A stretch of 64,000 nt of DNA from Eledone cirrhosa (Eukaryota), in the NCBI GenBank assembly GCA_964016885.1, contig OZ024743.1, positions 355,260,001 to 355,324,000 of the forward strand, written 5' to 3'. This document shows, piece by piece, positions 26,650 through 41,617 of this stretch. How positions within the stretch are numbered: position 1 is the first letter of the stretch; each line of letters opens with the position of its first letter. The notes below the pieces were generated by a model. It did not search any database, was not told the DNA's origin, and worked only from the letters and a program-made list of their open reading frames with translations. Position numbers and translations under genes: made by a program.

Positions 26650-27185
26650 AGGTGGTTGAGTCATCGTAGGAATGTCAATCCAGTTACAAAGTAGATGCGA
26701 TTTCAGGTGAGGACAACATCTGAAGATCTCGGTCTTGGAATTAAGGCAAATGGAAGTGGCTTTCAAATTTTGGAGAATTCTAAATTTTTCCGTGGTGCAC
26801 AAAGAACAATTCTTTGCGCCCCTTTGGTATTCTCTTGGATGGTCTAAAATATACCAATCAATAGTGTACGGAATGTTTTTGCCTTTGAATTCCGACACTT
26901 TAATTGCGAGGGCTGTGCTGTTCTTTTCTCAGGGTGTTTAAAAGAAGTGACATGTGCATAATACCTTGTTTTGAACCTATCCTGAGTCATGCCAACATAT
27001 CGTTCACTCCAGGCTGGCTCGTTATTAATCAACGGTGTCAATTTGGCCTCATACATAATGAATTTAGTGTTACATTTGCCCTGTAATGGGCATTCTTCCG
27101 GCTTCCTGCAACTGCATCCTGGATTTACTCTCGTACGATTAGAGTTGGTAATTTTAGTCTTCATTGATGGACAGAAAGAGTAACA
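26650..27185 (-). mobile_element. Naiad-like PLE GIY-YIG fragment
   Basis: CSCRKPEECPLQGKC..IMYEA..YVGMTQDRFKTRYYAH; next frame YTIDWYIL..CSLCTTEK..LNSKTEIFRCCPH. Confidence 0.85.
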
Positions 27186-27194
27186 GGATGTGCA

Positions 27195-27409
27195 CAGATG
27201 TGAGAAAAACCACAGACCCTCCATCTCAACTCTACTTTTGAAAAGCAGAAGAATTGCGAAACCGGTAAAGGAACCAAATAAATATATATATTTTATTTTT
27301 TTTTAAATATGACTCCAGTTGCATTTTCGATTTCATCTTTTTTTCTTTATACTTTCACTCGTGTAGGACACCTCGGTTATTTTTCATTTTGTAAAAAACC
27401 TCACTTTCT

Positions 27410-27455
<46 letters not shown>

Positions 27456-27630
27456 AAAAAAAGATGAAATCGAAAATGGAACTGGAGTCTTATTTTTTTT
27501 TAAATATATATATTTATTTGGTTCCTTTACCGGTTTCGCAGTTCTTCTGCTTTTCAAAAGTAGAGTTGAGATGGAGGGTCTGTGGTTTTTCTCACCTCCG
27601 TTATTTTTCATTTTGTAAAAAAACCCTCAC

Positions 27631-27640
<10 letters not shown>
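27195..27640. mobile_element. Two solo PLE 3' termini (forward 27195-27412; inverted and rearranged 27451-27640) with U3:A8 hammerheads
   Basis: Homologous to 20448-20662; hammerheads at 27234-27271 (+) and 27524-27561 (-). Confidence 0.85.
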
Positions 27641-27710
<70 letters not shown>

Positions 27711-28121
27711 CATAACTAATAAGCTCTGCAACCTACATAGAGCACTCTTTTTTCCTGTACCTTTCCGACGGAATTACTTAATTTACACATATATATATAT
27801 ATTTTATATATACTCACTCATACACACTCATACCCTCTAAAGCCATATCCCTAAAAGAGAATTTCAATTAAAATACTATACTTTTGACTACCCATATACC
27901 TCTTTCCCCTATAACAATTGTCTCTAGCTTACATTTCTCCTCTTAGCCACCCCCATCTGAACTCTTGACCAATCCTTTAACACAATTGAGATACACATAC
28001 ATATACACAGAAAAATTTCCTTTCCCTAAAAACATTTTTGTTCTGTGAAAAGACACAACCACCACCACCACCACTACTACTGCTGCTGCTGCTGCTGCTA
28101 CTACTACTACTACTACTACTA

Positions 28122-28157
<36 letters not shown>

Positions 28158-28461
28158 TGATTACCTCTTTCTCTGTATATAAGGTTCAATTTTAGACCCA
28201 GTGTTCTACTCAACAAGTAAGATGAACAGACCTTCTTCAGCACTTAATTTTTAATTCTTTTTAATTGCAATATTCAACATTTGATAAGATGGATTACACC
28301 GATACCTCGAAACCTGTTATAATTTATAAACATTATAATACTCCTCTTTTAAAAAAAAAAATTGTTCCTCTCATATTTTCAATAATGTCACTTTAATGAA
28401 TCAAAGAAGATAAAAAGATCCTTTAAATATATTTTCCGCGCTATTTCCAATTCCACTCCCA

Positions 28462-28548
<87 letters not shown>

Positions 28549-29111
28549 AGAATTTATATATATATATATATATATAAATTCTTCCAATAGATAGCGAGAG
28601 AGAGAGTCGGTTTCTAACATAGTCACAAGACTCTTTCATTGGGATTTACACAATATCAACTAGGTAGATATGTATGCATGTTTGCATGCATGCATGTGTG
28701 TGTAGGTATGGAGGTTATTGTATGTGTGGATGTGTATGTTTTGAGTTATATGTGTGCATGTGCATATGCTTTGCATCTGTACATGTGCACATCCAGTTAT
28801 TATATATATCAGATAGGGTGTGGTATAATACCAGATAGACACTAACCCACCAGAGTACTCGATACTTGGGATAGTAGAGTGGGTAACAGGAAAAAATTCG
28901 CGCGCACATGCATTGACTTACGAGTACATAGTTGTATTTTTACGAGAAACCTTGATATGTCTTTTTTGTCATCTATAGGTATCCATTTCTCTTTGTCTCG
29001 GTCTCCACACACATATGTATTTGTATCTCTCTCTCTCTCTCACTCTTTCTCTCTCTTTCTCAAGCTCTTCATCTTTCTCCCTCTCTCACTGTTTTTCTCT
29101 ATCTCTCTCCG

Positions 29112-29148
<37 letters not shown>

Positions 29149-29303
29149 GGGAGAGACGGAGACAGAAAGAGAGGGGCGGGGGAAGATGTGAGTAAGCATG
29201 CACATATATCTGTGACTGTGTGTGTGTGTGTCTGCCTGTGTGTATGTGTGTGTGTGTGTGTATGTGTGTGTATGTGTGTGTGTGTGTGTGTATGTGTGTG
29301 TGT

Positions 29304-29392
<89 letters not shown>

Positions 29393-29629
29393 GCTAATAA
29401 AGTAAAGTCCATGATAAACTGCATGTCTACAGTTATTAAATTCAGCGAGAAAAATGAAGTATGTTTCAAATATAGGCAATAAGAATAAGGAATGTCATGT
29501 GTGAAGAACATGATTTATATACATTAAAGACATGTAAATTACTGTCACGTGACCGAACGTCATGGAAACGGAACGCCACCAGTGGTCGGCCAAATTTAGA
29601 AACATTTTCCTGGAGAATTGGTTGATTAG

Positions 29630-30470
29630 CTCACCGATTGTTTGGTAAGTGTTTCGTTCCGTTGGCTGGTTGGGTGGTTTGGTGGTTAGTTTGTTGCTTG
29701 CTTGCTTGGCTGGTTGCTTGCTTGCTTGCCTAGTTGCTTGGTTGTTTGCTTGCTTGGTAGACCGGTTTATTGACTGATTGGTTCGTTGGTTGTTTGGTTG
29801 GTTGCTTGAATGGCTGGTTATCTATTTGTTTCGTTGTTTGGCTGATTGGTTTCTTGGTTAATTAACTGGTTTGTTTGTTGCCGAATCGGTTGATTAGTTG
29901 TTTCGTTGGTTGCTTGCTTGCTTGCTTTGTTGGTTGCGTGGTTGGTTGGTTGCGTGGTTGTTCGAATAGTCATTGGTTCAGTTGGCTGACTACTTGGCTG
30001 ATTGGTTAGTTGGTTGATTGGTTGGTTGGCTGCTTGTTCGATGGCTCATTTGTTTAGACGACTGTTGGGTTGTCTACTTGGTTAGCAGATTGATTCATTT
30101 ATTGTTAGATTACTTGGTTAATTACCTATCTGGTTAGTAGTTTGGCCGTTTTTTCTTCTTTTTTTCTGTTTGGTCGTTCAGTTTGTTGGTTGGCTTGGTG
30201 GCTTGATGGCTCGTTGGCTACTTGGTTAGTTGGTTGTCTGTTTAGCTAGCTAATTAGTTGGCTCCTTGGCTAGTTGGTTGACTGGTTGACTGGTTGAGTG
30301 GTCGTTCGGTTTACTGGTTGGCTGGTCGAATGTCTAACTGGTCTGTTGCTTGGTTGTCTCGGTATTGGCTGACTAGCTGGCTGAGTGTAGGTACACTGAT
30401 TGGTTGATTCTTTTGTCGGTCAGTCATTCGTTCATTTGGTTGGCTAGCTGGATTTGCTGGCTGATCACTT
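29630..30470. repeat. Degenerate (GGTT/GCTT)n low-complexity tract
   Basis: Strongly G/T-skewed tetranucleotide-derived sequence. Confidence 0.85.
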
Positions 30471-31521
30471 ACTTGATTGTGTCCTTCATTGCTTCAGGCT
30501 TCAGGAAAAGTATAGAACTGTATCTTTACATGGGATGATGGTATTGGTGATATGTATAATGATGTTGTGGGATGATGAGAAGGTTGAGTATATTGTTCAC
30601 ATTGAGGTTGATGATGATGATTGTGAAGATGATGATAATGACGATGACGAGAATAACGACAGTGATTTCGCTAACGAGGATCAGCTTCAATATCGTGTGT
30701 GATTATCATGAATACGATGATGTTGATAATGTTACGGATTTTAGCCCAGATTACTCCATCCTTCAATTTTTGTTATACTGTGTTGTTGTATTGTTGTGTG
30801 GTTTAATCACAGACCGAGCTTTGATTCTTAGTAAAAGACAGCCGAAAAATTTGAAGCAATTACTAACAAAGGCAAAGTTTGACCTTAACAACAAAGACCA
30901 ATCATTCACTGTATCTAAATGCAATGATAGTCGATGTGGCACATGCCAGTCCATACACACTGGTCAATATATGAACCCCAAAACTGGAAAAATATTCTCA
31001 AATGCAAATATGAACTGCAAAAGCAGAAATCTAATTTACTGCATTAAATGCCCGAATTGTGAAGAACTATATGTCGGTCAAACTGGAAATGCACTATCGG
31101 AACGTGCACGGGTGCACCGACAGCAAATCAGAGATTCAAATGTCCGTCAGATACCCCTAAGTAACCATCTAGCAACATGTGGTCAGAAAATATTTATAAT
31201 ATTTCCATTCTACAAACTACACAGCCCAAATGAAATCAAGAGAAAAATTAAAGAAAAGAATGTTATTGATAAATTCCAACCAAAGCTAAATGAATAATAA
31301 TAATGCTTAGTGGTATTACTTCTACTATGACTACGTCTACGACCATGTCGACTACCACCACTAACAACAATAACAACAATAATAATAATAAAAGTGATGT
31401 TGATGGTGATGATTACTGAAGATTTTTTTATAAAAACCCTAGAAAACGCTATTTTCATCATTTTTAAAAATAGCAAAACAATTGATGCTTTGGATAGGGT
31501 CAAATAGAAGTCGTCATTAGA

Positions 31522-31656
31522 GCGTGACGCCTAAACCAATTAGCTTTAGTAATCTAGTGAAACCACACACCTATTGGTCGAAATTGGTTTGCAAAACATA
31601 TCATTCTGTAGCCCCTTTTTACTGTATATAAGGCACAAATTGTAGTCATATCATTA
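31522..31656 (+). promoter_or_regulatory. Putative pLTR Pol II promoter
   Basis: GCGTGACGC, one CCAAT and two ATTGG boxes, TATATAA at 31625-31631, Inr-like TCATT at 31651, about 45 nt upstream of the hammerhead. Confidence 0.5.
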
Positions 31657-31694
31657 TAGTTGAAAATTGCAAACTTGACTGTCACCACTGAATA

Positions 31695-31733
31695 TGAACC
31701 TGAAGATTGCGAAAGCATGAAAGTACTTGTTCA
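31695..31733 (+). ncRNA. Minimal type I hammerhead ribozyme
   Basis: TGAAC-CTGAAGA-T-TGC-GAAA-GCA-T-GAAAG-TA-CTT-GTTCA; GNRA-capped stem II, palindromic AAGTACTT stem III. Confidence 0.85.
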
Positions 31734-31891
31734 ATTAACATTTAACATTTAATATTCTACCATAATATTTCATTATAATATCATTATAATTTTAAAGGAT
31801 TGTAAATAAAACGAGTAAATCAGACAAAGTTGGAATTCCTTTTATTAATATAAACTCCTATACACAATCATACACACCCGAGTATATTTAT

Positions 31892-31976
<85 letters not shown>

Positions 31977-33178
31977 TTGTATGTATCAGTGACGACTTTA
32001 GCACTTGAGCTAATCGAGCTCAGCTCGAATACCGCAGCTGTCATATCTACTTATTTCAAACTAACAGATATATCTCAGAACCTTACATATATATAATACT
32101 TGCTTGGGCCCAAAGTCGTGGCTTGGTCTGTCAATTTTCTCCCCTAATAATTAAAAAATAAAACATCTAACCCAAAGCTGGTTTTAACTGAAAATTTCAA
32201 ATAATGTAGCTGTATATCAACTACAGTATATAACTTAAACTGTTTACATAAATAAATCGTTTTTTTATAATAATATAATTGAGGTTAAGTCAGGCTCAGT
32301 TCTTTATGATTCTACGAAATAACATGATTCGAGCTAAAAAGTATACCCGCCTGAACTATGGTTTTAATTCGCTACTTTCAATGAATATAATATTGTTGCA
32401 TCGATATAATATAAAACGCTGACTTAAATCTGCTCTTCGTAACATTTTTTTATATGAATAAGGTTAAATGGAATAAGTCAGGCTGGTTCAAATGAATGAT
32501 GTGCTGCAAACAATTTTCATTTGAATGATGCTAAAGTGAAAACATTTGAAAAGCCGCAATTAATGTCGATGATACAAGATGCATAAAAATTTATCCTAAT
32601 ATATTTGGTTATACTATCTAAAATGTTCAATTTACACAATACCTTTTTAGTATTACTATATATACTGGGTTTCTTGTCTCATATGTCTGAAACTGTTAGA
32701 TTAATTACATTTTTATTGACTAACACCCCCACCCACCCAACATTTATTGGAAGCGAACGACTTCTCATTCTTAAACATAATTCGTTCTGAATTCTGTTTA
32801 AGACTTAGGAATGGATGTATATATATATTGTCTTAATACATTGAGAGGGATATATTCATATAATAGTTTAGCGACACAACACGTTTGACACCATGTGGTT
32901 CGGCAAAGGTGTGGTATATATATCATATGTATTCAACTTCTCTTATTCCAAAGAATTATCTTCCTAATGACGGAATTGTAATTCTTATATTATTGGTTAT
33001 TCCAATGTCTTAGAATAATTAATGTTGTTTCTTGAATTCCAGAAACCATGGTTGGGGAGAGTTTAATATGTTTAATTATTTATATGTGTAGATAATTTAT
33101 TAATATATCTGATCCTTTCATAGAGATGTCTAAGTATTAGAGACAGTTAACTATATAAATTACATATATATATATATA

Positions 33179-33513
33179 CAGTGTACACCCGGAATTCGCG
33201 ATCTCCACATCCGCTGCCCCCGTTATTCGCAGAATTTACCTTAGACCATATCTAATAATTGTTCGTGGAAACCACCGTATATTCGCGGAATCGTGCATAT
33301 CTTCTGCGATTTGTTATGGCTTTTTTCGTGGAAATATATTTTTTTTTACGCTTTTTCACGCTAAATTATTAATAACAATATACCGTATTTGCCGGTCTAT
33401 ATCTTAAGTTATATTTTGACGTTTGTAGGCATTTTTATGTACCACGTCCAATATTTTTCGCTCTTCGCGGGCGCTCTGAGAACGTAAACTCCGCGAATAC
33501 CCGGGAACAACTG
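33179..33513. mobile_element. Tc1/mariner (Tigger/pogo-like) MITE
   Basis: Imperfect TIRs CAGTGTACACCCGGAATTCGCG / CGCGAATACCCGGGAACAACTG, with TA on both sides. Confidence 0.75.
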
Positions 33514-34469
33514 TATATATAACGTTCGATAGCTGGTTTGAAAATCCTCACCGACAAATGCGAGGATTCTGTTATTTCATTTCGTGGTGATTGTGTCGTG
33601 TTGTTTTTATTTGTATTTAGTTCCAGGTCAGCTCTGATCAAGCTAACAGATTATTAAAGGGGTTTCATACATGATTATCATGTCTTTTTCCTAACAACAA
33701 TGCTCCCATGATAAATTTCTCCCATGCACCCTCTTTTCTCCTTTGACGTTTATGTGTTTGTTGCTATTTTTAGCAGGCCAAACGAACACCTAGACATTCC
33801 CTCGTGAGAGGTTGGGGTGTTTGGTCGAATAAATCGACAGCAGTATATGACTGGTGTTTTAGTTTATCAAACCCGAAATGATGGAAAGCAAAGTTCATAT
33901 TGGTAGATTTTGATCCCTGAACTTAAAATATCGGAGAAAAAACCGCAGGTATTTTATCCGACTCTCTAACGATTCGGACAAAACTTTTCTAATAAAGGGA
34001 CAATGTCATAAACTATAATAGGGAAGAATGTAGCATTTTAATCGGTTGCAGTATTTAACTACAAATAGCAATAATAACAACAATGATAATGGTGTCAATT
34101 TTACTAAACACTTGGCAGAATTTTCATGCAGACAGCCGAAAAATCAAAACGGATACTATATGTTATATGCCAGCTAACATATTCATAACAACAAAAATGA
34201 AACTGGTTTACTGTCAAAGTTAAAATATCTATATTCGAATGTAGAATTGATGTTTTGTTGTAAATTGGTATATAACAAGTGTAGTATCAACATTTTGTGT
34301 TGTTGCTCTCACCTGTGTAGGTTTAGCCGGTTTCCTTAGCCGGTTTCCTGAGGTTATATCTTAGTGGAGATTTAATAGTTATTTCAAAGATTGCCCCCCC
34401 CCCCCCCCCCCCAGCCCCACTCCTAGTCATACCATAGCATTTGCATTTCTGCTTGTTTGAATTATGTAT

Positions 34470-34788
34470 TGCTTCAATCAACATTCGTCCTACTACTACA
34501 TTGACGAAATGTATACGAACTTAAGCTGGGGAGAACAAAAAATACCTACTTGGTGAAGTTCAATCGCTAATTCCTTCGACGTAGGGTCCTTGAATATTCT
34601 CAAACTTAGCCTAGCAATTACTTCGCTAGTCGAAGCACGCCTGGAATTCTTTTTCGGAAGGGCTTTCAATTCCACCATGACAATCTGCTTAATGTCCTCT
34701 CCGCTCTCAAATCAGGGTCTTCTCAGTGGCATTTATTTTATCTTTGGGAACAACCAAAACTCAGAAGCAACTATGTCTGGAGAGTAAA
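34470..34788 (-). mobile_element. Mariner transposase C-terminal remnant
   Basis: YSPDIVASEFWLFPKIK..FESGEDIKQIV resembles the mariner YSPDLAPSDFWLFP motif; contains stops. Confidence 0.75.
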
Positions 34789-34957
34789 TCAGTGTCACGT
34801 GATTGATTCTTTAGAATTTGCCACTTACCCAGTAGGCAGTGAATTTTTTCAGTGCTTTGGAATTTAGTCCCCGCTAGCTTTATTCCATCCACTGAATTAT
34901 TATTTTTATATGGGTTCCTAGTGTCCGCGCATTGCCTGGGAACTTAGCTGAGAATAG

Positions 34958-35039
34958 ACTCCCTGATGACGTAAGGACTTCTCTATAGTTATGTTACGTA
35001 ACTATATTTATTCCCTTACAGAAACTAATTAGTTGGAGT
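34958..35039 (+). ncRNA. Type I hammerhead ribozyme with extended, branched stem II (second copy)
   Basis: ACTCC-CTGATGA-C-GTAAGG..TATAGTT(9)AACTATA..CCTTAC-A-GAAAC-TAATTA-GTT-GGAGT. Confidence 0.88.
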
Positions 35040-35207
35040 GAACATTTTAGTAAGTTAATTTTTAATTTTTAAAATTTTCTTATTTTACGTCTTTCATATA
35101 ATTGTTCTGCATCCCCCTGCATAGAACCACAAAGGTACTAAGACATAACATACATATTTGCTAGCATGGGTATACATCTGTATACATATGTTGGTAGATA
35201 TACTAAT

Positions 35208-35258
<51 letters not shown>

Positions 35259-35451
35259 ATAATAATAAAATTGAAGACTAAAATCCAAAGAGGGCTCGAT
35301 AAGGAAAATATATATCAGATATATAAAAACCGAAGAGCAAATATTTATTAAAATAACAGATTAAAGTTTAAGCAAAGAATCGCAGCTTTCACCCTTAACG
35401 GGATATATATATACATACATACACATTTAAATACACACACACATACATACT

Positions 35452-35511
<60 letters not shown>

Positions 35512-35874
35512 CAAACAGATCAGAGCAAACAGATGGAGGTACATATGAACGCACGTACACACAACGATACGCATACAAAAGAACGGCCATTCATACAAAT
35601 ACATACAAACATGTACTTATAAATATATGCATATACACAGGCACATAAAAACAGCTCTACAAGCAGATCAGAGCAAACAGATCAGAGCAAACAGCACGGA
35701 CACTCTATCTCAAAATTATTTTTAAAAGCATTTAGAAATGCGCAACCGGTAAAGACTTAAAAACTTAAAACCACAACTGAATACTAACCCATACAATCAC
35801 TAATACTCTTTTATTCCTAATTAAACCATTTTTCAACTGTGAACAATTTGTCAGCATTTTCTATTCCGTTTACC

Positions 35875-35878
35875 AATA

Positions 35879-35911
<33 letters not shown>

Positions 35912-35969
35912 GTATATATATACATATACATATACACACAAATACATACATATATATATACACACACAC

Positions 35970-36000
<31 letters not shown>

Positions 36001-36226
36001 CACACATACATACATATAAATACATACATATACACATATACACATATATATATACACATATATATACATATATATATACATACACATACATACACATACA
36101 TATATATATATATATACACATACACATATACATATACATATATATACAAATATACATATATACACATATATATACATACATATACACATATACACATATA
36201 TATACACACACACACATACATACATG

Positions 36227-36320
<94 letters not shown>

Positions 36321-36395
36321 CATACATTTATATATACATATACACACACACATATATATATATATATACATACACACATAAACATACACATACAT
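35875..36395. repeat. Compound (AT)/(AC)/(ATAC) microsatellite, representative of dozens in the window (e.g. 14738-14942, 23268-23445, 47345-47690, 58304-58830, 61140-61380)
   Basis: Direct reading; source of the [12 protein letters not shown] pseudo-ORFs. Confidence 0.95.
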
Positions 36396-38236
36396 GCCAA
36401 TATGGAGGTACATATGAACGCACGTACACACAACGATACACATACAAAAGAACGGCCACTCATACAAATACATACAAACATGTACTTATAAATATATGCA
36501 TATACACAGGCACATAAAAACAGCTCTACAAGCAGAAAATACAGATAGGTAAGAGGTACTTACATAATCATAGTGCCGTGTTTCAGGTTGAGAAGGGGTA
36601 GGAATGAGGTAGAGGGGCTATTTTGTCCGGTGGCGTTAAAAAAAGAACAAAAAATAAAGGGGAAGTCGTTTTTAGCCATCGAGCATTAACACTGGCTTAA
36701 GGTATTTGAAAGTTGCAAAGTTTTTGTGCATGCAGTTCGGGCAGTGTTCAGAGAGTTTGTTCAGTAGCGGGCCCTTGGCGAATAATATTTCGTAGCTCTC
36801 TGAGATACAAAGGTCGCGGCACTTGTGTCCTCCGTTGTATGAGCGCGCTTACTGGAGTATTTTCCATTTAAGCGTGAAGGGTGGACTTCCTTTTGAGGTC
36901 CCAAACATAGTAGGCGTGTGTTGTCTGATTTGATTTGTCCGGTTTTCTGAAGGAGTGGGTACGGGTCTTAAATTTATTGGAAGTCATGCCGATGTAAGTC
37001 GTTTTGTTGTTGCAATCATCGGTGCCTGAGATGACATCGCATTTGTGTACGATATCATTTGTCAGGCATTTGTTTTCAAGTGGGCAGGCTTCTTTATTTA
37101 GGCAGTTACACAAGGCCTCAGTCCGGGGATTGGGTTCGGAGGTGGTTGGCTTATTTAATTTATTAGAATTGTGATTGGTTATATTCCTAGCCAGGTTAGG
37201 TGTAGTGGAGTAGGAGAGTCTTATTGTGTTCTTATTAAAGATGGTGTAGTACCTGTGTTGTATGGGGAAGTGTGTTTTCAGCAAAGTGAAGAAAATCCTA
37301 GCTATAGGTGTAGAGACCTCTTTATTGAAGGGAGGGTTGTACCAGCTAATCTACCTATGCCTATTCCTCCTATGCGGTCTTGCGGTGATGTCTAGGTAGG
37401 TTATCTTTTCTTTAAATCCGGTGCGGGCGAGGGCGTCATTGTAGTAGGAGGCAAAGGCGTTAAATATATCTTCATTGGCCGAGAGACGCTTTTTACTAAG
37501 TTATCAGTGAAGTTTTTGGGGTGGTTAGAATTAACATTAATATATCTAAGGGACTCATTAGGTTTGTGGTACGGATAATAGAAGGAAGTATCTAGGTCGA
37601 GAGTGACATCTAAAAAGTTGGCCCTAGTCTTATTAGATTGTATAGTTATACTAAATCATAGATTACGGAAGAACGAGCTTAAGTTTCTCCGAAACCCATC
37701 GGTGGTTCTGGGGTTAACCTTGTGCAGGCCGAAGAGGCCGTCGTCTCGGTATAAACGTCCGGTTAGACAAGTAAAAAGGTTCTTCGGGTGTTGTAAAATG
37801 TAGAGGCCCACAGGGTCGCTTATTTCAGCCGAGTCACTCGCTCCCACGCTGACGTCAAATGGGGTCTGAGACTTCTTGTTGATCCAGTAAGATCCATCGT
37901 GGTATAGGAAGGTCTTACGGGCATGGAGTATAACATCTTGCTCAGCATCGGTTATGGTAGTAAAATTCCTAGCAAAAGTGATTGCGTCCTTCAGGAGGGG
38001 CTCCGAGATAGAGGCATAGTAGTTTTCTATGTCGAGTTGCAGGAAGCGAGTGTGGCGTTTGTCGGGTAATTCTTGGAACTAAGATATTGCCTCAGATGTT
38101 CTGCTCCAGAGTGGGAGTGGTGAGGCAACCCGCAATGATGGTAGAACTCTATCAAAGATCTTCTTACTGATAGAGCCGATGTCCGAACGAGTGAGGTTTA
38201 TATGTCTGACTGATGGTTTGTTGAGGAAGTTTCCCT
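36395..38236 (-). mobile_element. Naiad-like PLE (RT + GIY-YIG), 5'-truncated and degraded
   Basis: [85 protein letters not shown]. The 3' UTR segment 36401-36536 is duplicated at 35532-35666. Confidence 0.88.
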
Positions 38237-38264
38237 TATGTATATATATGTGGGTGTGTGTATG

Positions 38265-38347
<83 letters not shown>

Positions 38348-38368
38348 GTATATATATGTATATATATG

Positions 38369-38462
<94 letters not shown>

Positions 38463-38548
38463 GGAAAATTTGAACAGGAACAAACCAGAGAGGCAGTACA
38501 ACGAATGTTTATTAATTTCACGCTCTGGAGAGTGGGGTGGTGGTGGGG

Positions 38549-38582
38549 AACGACGTTTCGGGCATAAGCCCTTCCTCAGGTG
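38549..38582 (-). ncRNA. Minimal type I hammerhead of a PLE 3' terminus (38460-39260)
   Basis: CTGAGGA-A-GGGC-TTAT-GCCC-GAAAC-GTC; weak stem I. A 5'-truncated copy lies on the plus strand at 60148-60262. Confidence 0.8.
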
Positions 38583-39256
38583 AGAAGTGTGTGGGAAGAG
38601 AGTTCAAAGGGTGTGTAGGGGAGTGGTGGAGAGACATATAGCGAAAAATGGGTGGGAGGAAACGGTGCGAATGAAATTAAAAATAAAAATAAAAATAAAG
38701 CATGATCAAAATAAAATGAAATGAAATAAAAATAAATATAAAAGCATGATCAAAATAAACTGAAATTAAAAAGGGGTAAAACAGGTGGTGGAAGGGTGTA
38801 GGGTGTGTAGGGGTGGTGGCGGGTGGAGTGAGGAGAGAGAGACGGGGTGTCCGAGCGGGGAGGGCTGAAGGTGGTGTGTGTGTGTAGGTGTACGTGTGTG
38901 TGTGTATGTGTGTATGTGTGTATGTGAAAGCAAGGGTTGGGGGAAGAACGGGGTTGCATGTTCAGGAAGAGGTGTGTGTGGGGTGGGGTGTAGGTCGGAG
39001 TGTGTGTGCGTGTGTGGATAGAGGGGTGGGGGGAGAGGAATCCGCAGGCTGAAGGTGTAAATATGTGGTGGAAAGCACGTGTGTGTGGGGTTAAGCGTGT
39101 TGTCGGCGTAGGTGGCGTGTGGGAGAAAAAACATTTTTTGGGGTGTGTGTGTGGGTGAGTTATATAGGTGATTCTGTAAGAGGATGTGGTTGAAATGTTG
39201 GTAAACTCCTATGATGGTAGTAGATTCCACGGTGGTCAAGTGTGTGTGGGGGGGGG

Positions 39257-39355
<99 letters not shown>

Positions 39356-39364
39356 TGTCTGTTG

Positions 39365-39930
39365 ACACCTAAAATTTAGCTTAAGAGAAACTTGACAATA
39401 ATGATAGGCTCCCAATATTTTAACTGGTTTATAGCCTTGTCACTCTTGGCTTTTGTCACTCTAAGTAGAGCTTTAAAGAATTAGCCTTTAAAGAATTTCC
39501 CTTTTCTTTAAATCTATCAACCAACCATCACCGACCCCCAAGCATCTTATAGACACCTGAAATATAGGCATTGCTAGCTTAAGAGAAACTTTAAAATAAA
39601 GATTCGCACCCCAATTTGAACTTGTTTATAGAATTCTTTCTGCCTTTGTCACTCCAAATATAAATTATAGCCTTAAAGAATTAGCTTTTAATGATTTCCC
39701 TTTTCTTTCAACCAATGATCTCCACCCATCCCACTCCCCACCCTCTACTACCACCTGAAAAGATATAAATACTACAACATTTATTTTGGACAGCCAGATT
39801 CCTGATGATTTCTAAAAAATGAAACAGTTCTAGTCCTGTAGAATCTCATCTATATTAAATCTTTTATACTCTTCTATGTATTGAATACCTTACTTACTGT
39901 GGTTACCTCCGATTCAACCCGCTATAACTT
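39365..39930 (+). mobile_element. Non-coding hammerhead-bearing repeat with internal ~205-bp tandem duplication
   Basis: Homologs at 45661-46230 (-), 49505-49645 (-), 58074-58260 and fragments near 56780, 56960 and 60740. Confidence 0.75.
39797..39845 (+). ncRNA. Type I hammerhead ribozyme
   Basis: GATTC-CTGATGA-TTTCTAAAAAAT-GAAAC-AG-(8)-CT-GTA-GAATC; stem II is damaged in this copy. Confidence 0.7.
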
Positions 39931-39931
39931 A

Positions 39932-41278
<1,347 letters not shown>

Positions 41279-41289
41279 AATATATATAT

Positions 41290-41610
41290 TAGAAAGTGAG
41301 GTTTTTTCACAAAATGAAAATAAACGAGGTGTCCTACACGAGTGAAAGTATAAGGAAAAAGATGAAATCGAAAATGCAACTGGAGTCTTTTTTAAAATAT
41401 TTATTTGGTTCCTTTACCGGTTTCGCAGTTCTTGTGTTTTTCAAAAGTAGAATTGAGATGGACGGTTCTCGAGAAAAACCACAAACCCTCCATCTCAATT
41501 CTACTTTTGAAAAGCACAAAAACTGCGAAACCGGTAAAGGAGCCAAATAAATATATATTTTTTTTAAAAGACTCCAGTTGCATTTTCGATTTCATCTTTT
41601 TTCCTTATAT
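41290..41610. repeat. Head-to-head inverted pair of PLE 3' termini with U3:A8 hammerheads
   Basis: Arms ~41349-41462 and ~41489-41608; hammerheads 41411-41448 (-) and 41503-41540 (+). Confidence 0.88.
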
Positions 41611-41617
41611 ATATATA

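Larger units (their letters stand above)
30805..31885 (+). mobile_element. Neptune-like PLE 3' fragment (GIY-YIG + 3' UTR/pLTR)
   Basis: SKRQPKNLKQLL..CNDSRCGTC..LIYCIKCPNCEELYVGQT..HRQQIRD..PKLNE* (stop 31297); ends near (AT)n. Confidence 0.88.

Noticed and set aside
30572-30800. Hydrophobic N-terminal extension of the 241-aa ORF
   Set aside because: Derived from a degenerate (GAT)n/(GTT)n tract fused by chance to the PLE fragment.
35817-36517. Long ORFs rich in [16 protein letters not shown] (here and throughout the ORF track)
   Set aside because: Translations of dinucleotide and tetranucleotide microsatellites that lack stop codons; not genes.
26650-38236. Selenoprotein-type Naiad elements (in-frame UGA at conserved Cys plus SECIS)
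   Set aside because: The readable conserved positions (CSC..CPL..C, CNC..CPL..C, CSLC, CPH) are ordinary Cys codons; the stops present look like decay.
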